A stretch of 64,000 nucleotides of DNA from Octopus vulgaris (lineage: Eukaryota), in contig OX597826.1 in assembly GCA_951406725.2 (NCBI GenBank), positions 77,190,001 through 77,254,000 of the forward strand. The letters run 5' to 3'. The notes beneath the pieces are model-generated. The model searched no databases. It saw only the letters and a program-made list of their open reading frames with translations, and was not told the origin of the DNA. This document shows, one piece after another, positions 54,645-64,000 of the stretch. The position numbers and the translations under genes were made by a program. Position 1 is the first letter of the stretch. The number at the start of each line of letters is the position of its first letter.

Positions 54645-54735
54645 ATCACTGCTTGGAATCGAACTCGGAATCTTGGGGTTAGTAACCCGCGCTCTTAACC
54701 ACTACGCCATATGCCCGTGGGCATATGGGGTAGTG
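54413..54735 (-). mobile_element. tRNA-headed SINE (family E) with (AAT)n spacer and tandem hammerhead motifs
   Basis: Head 54716-54642: GGGCATATGGCGTAGTGGTTAAGAGCGCGGGTTACTAACCCCAAGATTCCGAGTTCGATTCC (A and B boxes). Then (AAT)n, then an HHR-bearing tail. A 17-nt inverted copy of the 5' end lies at 54719-54735. Confidence 0.8.
54494..54539 (-). ncRNA. Minimal type I hammerhead ribozyme motif
   Basis: GACAC-CUGAUGA-A-GGCUG-GAGGGUAUAU-CAGCC-GAAA-UG-UU-GUGUU. Stem I GACAC/GUGUU; stem II GGCUG/CAGCC; stem III AUGU, probably CpG-decayed from ACGU. Confidence 0.72.
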
Positions 54736-54799
54736 CACCCACAAACAATTTGTAGCTAAAAAACAAAAAAAAAATACAAGAAAAAAATTAAAGCAATGC

Positions 54800-55720
54800 T
54801 ATTTTAGATAGGATATAGCGGCAACATGGAGACAGGGGGAAGGTTTCCGATAAAAGCATTGTGGAAGACCTAAAATTGGTAAAGCTGCAAACAGATTGAT
54901 ACAAGAGGGCAACTTTAGGATTTCCCAAGGGAACATTACGCAGAATGATTTTTCTACACCCGATTGTCTATAGAAAAAACATTAAGGTAGGTGATCCTCC
55001 TGTTTGTTTCTTCTATCCTATCAACAAAGCAGCTTTAATAGTGGGTTGCATAAATGCAAGTGGCATGGGAACCCCTTGGAAAAAGGGCGCCTAACTGAGC
55101 ATGTGATAGCCATCAGCAAGATCAGGATTTCCGTCATACGTGCCGTGGCGACGATCACTTTTGATGACTTTGAGACATGTTCGATGTGGGGTGCAGTAGG
55201 GAGGAACCGGTTAAATTTCTCAGGTTTGATACAGGCCTAAAAAATGAGGCGAGGTGATATGCAAAATGGCCACTCTCATCTAGAAATGGGCTGAAAGATG
55301 TCTCAGAAGGGTAGGGCAGAGGTGGAGGACACCAACATTGCAACCACCATCTATTAACACCTGAATATCGTACTTTGTCCAGCTTCATTCCTGACAAGAA
55401 TGGAACTCTTGTACTTTCGCTTATTGTGTACGGGATGTGTTCCTGACGACCTCCGCTACAAGGAGGACTGGGCTTGCCGTGGCTAATAATATGCAGACAT
55501 GAACTACAGCTGCGACATCTTCAGCGTTCCTTGACAGCAGGAGTGGTTGCCACATGTCATCCATTTCACAGAGATGTACTCGTAGATCAAGTGTAGATGG
55601 AGGTAAGGTGAAATATGCCGTTTTATCAGCAGAACTTGAAGTAGACAGAGCTATAAATACTAGCGAGTGGAATATTAGATTAAAAAACCTCCGTTAGATA
55701 GACAAAAAATCGAAGGCTGT
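54800..55720 (+). mobile_element. Decayed L1/Tx1-like ORF2 fragments
   Basis: RPPLQGGLGLPWLIICRHELQLRHLQRS at about 55447-55530 (GGLG post-RT motif). Confidence 0.6.
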
Positions 55721-55830
55721 ACTTGGGACACGAACCCACATCTGTGAACACAACACATGTGCTATCAAGGATTTCGAATGTTCAGGTTCCAACTCTTTTT
55801 CTCACTAAAAGTTTTTCAATCCGATATTCT

Positions 55831-56030
55831 GGTGCCGAGAAGCTCCTGGCATTAAGACTATCGCGAAAAACCTCCCTAATTTTTTTACAAGGTTTAGAAA
55901 AAAACTGAAGGACCGCTGCAATAAATTAGTGAATTTGTGAGGGGAATATATTAGATAAAATCATAATTAACTGATCCTTTTGTATTTTCCTTTACCCAAA
56001 GCCAGGAACTTTTCAGCACAACTTCCTGTA
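55831..56030 (+). mobile_element. Internally deleted mariner element (MITE)
   Basis: TIRs GTGCCGAGAAGCTCCTGGCATT (55832) and AAAGCCAGGAACTTTTCAGCAC (to 56019). The interior encodes a transposase C-terminal remnant, FLQGLEK..KDRCNKLVNL*GEYIR*. Confidence 0.82.
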
Positions 56031-57402
56031 CATATACAAATGCATACAAAGAGACAAACAGACAAGAGTACAAACGACATATATTGTTAATTTTCACTCA
56101 CCGGCAAAGGGACATAACTGCCTGTGGTTGGAGCTCGGCATGACGCCATGTTTTGACCTCCACATATCTAGGAAAATAAGTGGAAATATTATGAATTTAG
56201 TATCTTTTATTTGGTACGAATAAATATTTCAACAAGTTTGTTATGATCGTAATCGATAGTATCATTCAACATTGCCATAGATGCTATTTACCCGTCTCTC
56301 TGGCAACAAGAATGTAAAGTACATAAATGGCATTGGAAAGAATGGGGCCTGTAGTGAACAAAGAAAGACCTGGGGGAATCAGATATGCGAATTAACGCTG
56401 ACACTGGGTTAAAACAAACCGGTATTTTTGGAAGGAAATTGTCCATGGACGATAGGTACATGAAAGGTGAGGTTGATTACGAAGAGTATTCTTCGATCAC
56501 TCACTGCACAAATGATTCATCATAATAATAATGAAATTATTGTATACAGTGCTCAGGTGCACCACAGATGATAATAAGGATTTCAATGACGTAGAACGCA
56601 CTAAATATTTCATTTCAAAATTTAATTTCGTTCCCAGAATACACAAGGTTCTGGCTTCAAATCCATTGATAGTTAAGTTAAATTTATGAAAGAAAAAAGT
56701 AGAAAGAGCGAAAGAAAGTCTAGTGACTGCTGATGCATTGTTTCTGCGGGAATTTGGTCATTCCAATGAATTATGCTATCTTGCTTCGTCAGAGCAAGCA
56801 TTGCAGGCTTATTCTACAAACTTTATTAAATTGCAGAAATCCAAATATATGTGTGCATTGAAGGTCAGGAACTACCCATCTATTATCATTTTCATGCTGT
56901 CCAACCAAAGTCTTGAAGCTTCCATTCTTCAGTGCACTTCAGTGAGAATGGTAGACATCTTCACCAGTTTAGTTCTTCTTAGAAACCAAATTCTCCTTGC
57001 ATCATAAAATTCCTATAAATCATCTGAATTCTAAATATATCGAAGAGACCATTCTCCCTGCAAGAGTCTGGAAGCTTTGCAGATATAAAGGAAACAATTC
57101 CAAAGTTCTCGATCTTATTTCTAAACCAAATAAAAATGTCTGCCTGTAGCCAGCTGCCTTTTTCTGTGGCACTAGTGATGAGACATCATTTACAGCAAAC
57201 TTGTTCCATAAACGACTTCATTTGTTCATGGCCGAAATTTGAAGAAGCATTCCCAAAATTTGAAACTTCCAGTTGATTAAATAAATTAGTTGATAAGCTA
57301 ATTTCTAACTGATGAACTTATCAAATCTCGTAAGCAAATGCTTTACATTTATCTAAAGTTCGTTTATATATGAGTGTGTGCGTATGTGTGTAAATGTGCG
57401 TG

Positions 57403-57482
57403 CGCACACACATATTCACGCGCACACACATATTCACGCGCACACACATATTCACGCGCACACAAACATTCACGCGCACACA
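57403..57482 (+). repeat. 18-bp minisatellite CGCACACACATATTCACG, about 4 copies
   Basis: Direct reading. Confidence 0.9.
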
Positions 57483-58161
57483 TATATATAAAAATGTATT
57501 TAAGGGTATTTTTTTTCGTGTGCGCACATGTTTGTATATCCTATACAAAGTACAGAGGAAGGGTTCTGTTAGTATATCACAGCAACAGCTTTCAGAGGGA
57601 TAATTTAGCCCACACACATACTTACCAAAATGTATTTACCTAAGCAGGTAGTGTGTGTGTGTGTATGTATGTATATATATATATAAGAATGAATGTTTTT
57701 ATATATAATGAACATGTATATATATATGTGTCTGTGTGTGTGTATATAGCTATATGTATATATTTACTCAAGGAGTAGGACATCAATCGAATCGCGCAAT
57801 CCTTCAAAGATACTCATCAATACTCATAGATTACCAGAATCGGTAGAGCGTCGCAAAAAACACTTAACGCTATTTAGTTACGGAGTTTTTTGCTTTGAAC
57901 AGCAGAGAATCCGTTCGGAGATCAATAAAATGCAGTAGCAGTCCAATACTGGACGCGATTTAATCGATTAACATCTTCCTACATCTTTCTAACATTATGC
58001 TTACGTCAGCAATTATTATGACTATTTCGATTATCCTTGGCGGACATCTTGTACCGGCAAGACGACATCTCCCTCACCACCCCGCTTTTATATTTTTAAC
58101 CTTTGTCTACTTTTTATATTTCCCTTCCTTTTCATTGTACACTTCGTATACTTATTCCTTC

Positions 58162-58201
<40 letters not shown>

Positions 58202-58532
58202 TTGATTTATCATTTTATTATATGTAACCCCCCACACATGCACACACACTATATATATATATATATATATATATCTGTTTTGCATTGTCTCACTCATCCT
58301 ACGCCCTGGTGGCAAATAAATGAAATTATTGTTATTATTATTATACTCTCACATATATACATATTTTCATATAAAGAAACGTACACATAAGCCTCAATAT
58401 CGCATTCTCAATGAAAATCGAATCTTCAGTCATAGATATATACACACTGACATACATATACATATATATACACATACGCATACATATGTATATATATATA
58501 CATATATATACACATACGCATACATATGTATG

Positions 58533-58544
<12 letters not shown>

Positions 58545-58563
<19 letters not shown>

Positions 58564-58723
58564 TATATACACATACATGTATATATATATATAAAATATA
58601 TATATATACACATACATGTATATATATATATATAAATATATATATACACATACATGTATATATATATATATAAATATATATATACACATACATGTATATA
58701 TATATATATAAATATATATATAC

Positions 58724-58745
<22 letters not shown>
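58545..58745 (+). repeat. About 36-38-bp composite minisatellite (TA)nCACATACATG(TA)nAA, about 5 copies
   Basis: Direct reading. Confidence 0.8.
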
Positions 58746-58770
<25 letters not shown>

Positions 58771-59014
58771 TATACACATACATGCACACAAATACATACA
58801 TGCGCTGCATACACATATACACCTTTCCTTCTGAACATGCGGATGCGTACATATGGTAATGTTTTACAGAAGAAACCGGAAGCGTAGGTCTGCACTATAC
58901 AGTTGGACGCATGGGCTATCGGAAGTCGCAGACAACGCTGCTGCTTTTGTCACCATCAATCCGCATGTTTTTAAAAATGGAGGCGCATGTGTGCTTGAGT
59001 GTCTGCACATGTGC

Positions 59015-59057
<43 letters not shown>

Positions 59058-59684
59058 GTCAGCGATTGTTAGCATTCACAATGTTCGGATGCTGGAGTGG
59101 TGATTAGTGGTAACAAGCAATCGTGTTAATGTAAACCGGCAACACAACTTGTAAGAGCCGCTTCTCTTCAATACAAAAACAATTCCGCCATATTGGCTCG
59201 TTCTTCCTGTTTTCATTTAGAGCCGACATGTTATTTCCGCTTCCGTTTATCGCTAATGACATTATTATTACTAATATTTTGTTATTGCTATTGTTGTTAC
59301 AATTATTGTTAATATTATTATTATTATTATTTATTTTATAATAATTATTGGTTTGCTTTTTGCTTTGTTTTTTTGACGTTGATGTTATTAATAATGGCGA
59401 TTTTCTTGTTGTTATTATGGTTTCGTTCCTGGTCAATCCCGATCATGCAAATATATAAGGAAAGACGTGCCAGTCATGACCATTTCGTCTGTTTTCTTGT
59501 TTCTAATACTGCGTTATCTAATATATTTGTATCACATTTATGAAAATATGTCGTAATTTGAGTAAAATCTGGGTGCTACATCTAACAACTGCCATGGTCA
59601 CTTTGAGACTCTCTTTGCCTTGAGTAATATGCTTATCACGGTTGATGAAAGTTTGATTCTTAAGATTTATTAGGAGTTAGATGC

Positions 59685-60025
59685 CATTGGTGTCCTGGCT
59701 GTGTGGTAAGAAGTTTAGTTTCCAAGCATATGGCTCCGGGTTTAGTGCCAGCGTGTGGCACCTTGGACAGCAGTCTTCTACTATAGCCTCGGGTTGACTA
59801 AAGCCTTGTGAGTGAATTTGGTAGACAGAAATTAAAAGACGCACGTCGTGTATATATATATATATATATATATATAAGCGCAGGTGTGTCCGTGTGGTAA
59901 GAAGCTTGCTTCCCAACCATATGGTTTCGGGTTCAGTCCCACTGCGTGGAACCTTGGGCAAGTGTCTTCTACCACATCCTCGGGCCGACCAAGGCCTTTT
60001 GAGTGGAAACTGAAAGAAGCCCGTC
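59685..60025 (+). mobile_element. Two tandem SINE family A 5' halves
   Basis: Heads at about 59690 and 59878, each followed by the CCTTGG(A/G)CA body and separated by (TA)n. Confidence 0.85.
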
Positions 60026-60135
60026 TTATATATATAATGAATCCAAACAAAAAAGAACAAACAAGAAAAACCAATAACACGAGGACGTGGTAGAAATACT
60101 GTATTATCAGACGCTCAGGAAAGGAAAGAAGAGGG

Positions 60136-60168
60136 CTTTACGTTTCGAGTAAAGCTCTTCTTCAGAAA
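60136..60168 (-). ncRNA. Minimal type I hammerhead motif within a short Penelope-like terminal repeat (60040-60215)
   Basis: UUU-CUGAAGA-A-GAG-CUUUA-CUC-GAAA-CG-UA-AAG: intact core, 3-bp stem II, palindromic ACGU, GUA cleavage triplet. Relatives at 19140-19320 and 62130-62225. Confidence 0.65.
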
Positions 60169-60217
60169 TAGAAAGGAAGACGGAGGAAGAAAATCGTCAA
60201 CGATACACACCTGGTTT

Positions 60218-60250
<33 letters not shown>

Positions 60251-60709
60251 TTATGTATGTATATGTATATATATGTATATATATATATATGTATGTTTCT
60301 ATTTATATATATGAATGTATGTATGTTTCCATCTTTAAACTGCCCTGCATCATGGGTCTAAAATATAAAATCGTTTCCTACCCAGATGAGGGACGCTTGA
60401 TTTATCCAGTGTGTATTCGCGTCCATTACTGGCTGCATATTTCGGTGAACAACCTTTACCAACATTGTGATGGGTCCCCGAGCCCCACAGAAGCAGCTGC
60501 TAGACATACAACACCTTACATCTTCCCATTTAATTCGCTTTATCGTTTCTACTCTTTGCAATTTTGATCTATTAAGATAAATATATTTGTTTAGATATCG
60601 TCTGAAAGTCTTCCGTCTTCGCTTTCTTTCTGTTTACATGTAGACCTGTATTTATATTTTGTATATCAAACCGGAGCTGTTACATTTAATTTGTTTATCC
60701 GCAATATAT

Positions 60710-60820
<111 letters not shown>

Positions 60821-61070
60821 TTTCCAGTGATCGTAGTCTCTGTGTCCATATATATGTATACAATTACGTGCTTTGACAACAACATTAGAGCATTTTAGCT
60901 CTTATTTCTAACAATGTAGGTCTTTCTAACATCTAGTTATATTTCGTAACAATTATAGCTTTCCCTTTTGGTAAAACATTGCACACTGCTCTGTGTGAGT
61001 GAGCGTGAGTGTGTGTGTGTGTGTGTGTGTAGACAGGTAGATAGATAGATAAATAGTTAGGGAAATAGAC

Positions 61071-61139
<69 letters not shown>

Positions 61140-61210
61140 TAAGTAGGTAGATAGATAGATAGACAGATAGAGAAAAGTAGATAAATAGAGATAGATAGAT
61201 AAATAAATTG

Positions 61211-61264
<54 letters not shown>

Positions 61265-62066
61265 TGAGTCTAACAGTGTGTGCAAGTGGTGAGTATGCAA
61301 GAAGTTATCAGCGATTGTGGGTATAAATACATGCATTTGTGTGTTCACGCACGTTTTCTGCGTATCTCTGCTTCCGTGAGTGCGTGTGTATACATGTAGG
61401 TTGCGACTTTTGCGCGCGTCCGTTATCCTTATGTTATTTTGCGTGTGCGTAACTGTATGTGTGTTTGTATATATACATATATATATATATATACTTGTAA
61501 ATAGATGGGGTTCGCGTGTGCGTGTTCATGCAGCCAATCAATGGCCTCGCTGTGGTTTACTTGACACGTGATATCATTCATTGATAGGAAGCCCACGCAG
61601 CGTTATTTTTCCTTCATTAATTAACCCTTTCACGACATCCCGTGTGTGCATGCGTACGTCCTTGAGACACAGCACGTCACCGCTCTGCCTCGAGGGTCTA
61701 CACGCGCGCGCACAACATTGCTTGGCTGTTTATTAATATAAACATATATGTGCATATCTACATTCCTACATACACTATATATGTATACACACACATATGT
61801 ATATGTATGTATGTATACGCACACACATAGATATATATATATATCAGTTCGATGAATGCTTAGCTGGACGAAACTTCGAGGTCACTATCAATGGTATCTT
61901 GTTAAATAATTATATATTTTTTCTTTACGAAAAGTATTCAATAATCCTTCAGTTTAATGTTAAACTTTTAATTAAAACAATTTTACATAAAACCAACCAT
62001 TAAAGTGTGTGTTTGTGTGTTTGTGTGCGTATGTGTGTGAGCGTGTACACACACACACACGCCTGT

Positions 62067-62123
<57 letters not shown>

Positions 62124-63059
62124 TAGTTAATCCAAACATGAAAGCACAAAGAGAAAACACAACAACGCGAGGACGTGAAAAAAGTATAGAGTTATTGGAC
62201 GCTCAGGAAAGGAAAGAAAGAAGGGATATATATATGTGTGTGTATATGTATATATATGTATATATGTATATATATATATATATAAGCACTCACTGTACAC
62301 ACACATTGTTTATTTTTTTATTTAATCAGTAGAATTACAAAGTAACCCAAAGCTGAAGAGATTCTTATCAAACATGTACGCATATACACACATGCATAAC
62401 ACACACGCGCACACACATACTTATATACATATGCACCATACATATTTACATTTACTAATGTACACATTTACCAACGCAATGTCGTGTCGAGTGCACTCGT
62501 GCACACACATATCAGTGGGGTGTGCAGTGGTGCTGATTCGGTGCTGTCGAATAATAAGAAAACACGACGATTGAGTTTAATTGAACAACACCTCACACTA
62601 CAGGGTTTCTAAATATACAAGAGGAACACGCACAAAGACAAAAAATATCCTCGCAGTATTCCGCAAATAATTTACAATGAAAAACAGTATTATTCGTTAA
62701 ATTTCAAGCTAATGACGCCATTATTGTTATATAATCTTAACGTTTCGGCTTTTGTGCTCTCCGGCCAACTTCACTTGCCTCTCGTATTTTGTAATGCATT
62801 TGGTTGTTGGAGCCCTTGATTTATCTTCAGGGCAAAATCGCTCTCATCCCGTTGTCCATGCCAGGAATATTCACCAATTACTTAATGAGTAAGTTGCAAT
62901 GCCGCTTGTTCGTTCCGCTTGAACAAATGTTTTTGTTTGCTTTTTTTTTTTGGTAGTCCATCGCTTGACAACTGGTGTTGGTTTGTTTTTGCCCTTGTAA
63001 GTTATTGGTTCTGCGAAAGAGAGTTGATTGAATAAGCACCAGAGTCTAAAATAGTTATA

Positions 63060-63440
63060 ATGAGAAAATCCTAGCGATTTGGTTATCTTATGTCAGAGCA
63101 ATGTCGGAAAAAATTTAGAAGATCCTTACAATACGAAGATAGAATTCAAAAGTAGGTTTGTCCTTCGAGATATCTCCCTTGCACAGGTTCTATCTAAAGA
63201 GACCATGATGAAGAAGTGTGTTTATTCCATTCCATGCAGCTGTAGCAGGGAATAGGAAATAGAAACCTGTCGACCATAAAGTAAGGTACGAGGTGATTTA
63301 CAATTTATGCCGGGACAGATTGAGAATGACTGATCATATGCGGAAGGAAAAGGGGAATCACCCCACCATTGTGAACAACGTCAAAACAATAGAGAGCGAA
63401 CAACTTTAGAAGACAATATGACTGAAAGACAAGCGCACGT
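63060..63440 (+). mobile_element. Penelope-like element, GIY-YIG endonuclease pseudogene
   Basis: LSYVRAMSEKI*KI (PY..G.SEKI-like), KKCVYSIPCSCSRE*EIETCRP (VY.IPC.C...YIGETGR-like), DHMRKEKGNH...VKTIESE...LKD. Confidence 0.8.
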
Positions 63441-64000
63441 TCTGGGTTTTGATTACCACCTCCGTTAGCCTAAAATACAGATGCTAGCAGCCAAATTCAA
63501 AAAGATTAAGACGCCGAAATCCATAGAAATGAAATGAAAACTTGGATTTAAAACTCCAAATTACCGCCTTGGTAATTGGCCTTAGGTTTCAGGGCTTAGT
63601 CTATAAAGTGTTGATTTGGTGTGCCGGTTTACGTGGTGAGCATGAATCCAGTGTTTGAGTCAGCGGGTTTTTATATGCTCCGGTCTCTGGCTCAATAAAC
63701 ATGTTGCATTACAAGCTGGAAATTAAGTAGGACGATAAAGATCTACAACAGTAGAAGTAAACTCTTAGAAATAGGATGACTCAATTTTAGACATCAACGT
63801 TCTGATCGAAAACATTAGATACATCATGTCCGTTTATATGAAAGACACAAATGCAGACAACTACAGACACATATGTAAATGGTAAAATCTCATCTGAGAA
63901 GAACATTTAGATTATTCTCCACAAGTGAAGCACTTCGTAAAGAAATCCAAAGAATAAAACATTCATTAATCAACAACGGCCAATATTTCCGCACCCTACG

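Noticed and set aside
54642-54716. Functional tRNA gene
   Set aside because: Acceptor and T stems do not pair properly and there is no oligo-T terminator; it is a SINE head. The same applies to 30935, 33663 and 51859.
56700-57260. Coding-like composition on the minus strand, perhaps an old RLE-LINE fragment
   Set aside because: Multiple stops and no motif could be assigned with confidence.

Overview
This is AT-rich eukaryotic genomic DNA, saturated with (TA)n, (CA)n, (TACA)n, (TAGA)n and (AAT)n microsatellites. The repeat repertoire looks like an octopod cephalopod (Octopus-like) genome, which is an inference. Almost every entry in the ORF track is a microsatellite translation artefact, and no complete host gene is recognisable. 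Supported content: (i) at least five tRNA-headed SINE families; (ii) decayed non-LTR retrotransposons of CR1/L2, L1/Tx1, R4/Dong-like and another RLE type, plus a Penelope-like GIY-YIG remnant; (iii) mariner/Tc1 fragments and MITEs; (iv) several minisatellites and tandem duplications; (v) a possible first coding exon on the minus strand near 23.1-23.2 kb, among unique motif-rich islands that may be cis-regulatory. The most interesting signal is a tRNA-promoter SINE at 54.4-54.7 kb carrying tandem Penelope-type minimal hammerhead-ribozyme motifs and an inverted duplication of its 5' end. Further hammerhead motifs are scattered across the window. Two SINE/LINE pairs with shared 3' tails are also visible, one of them with a Tx1/L1-like LINE. 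All calls come from reading by eye; no searches or folding were run.
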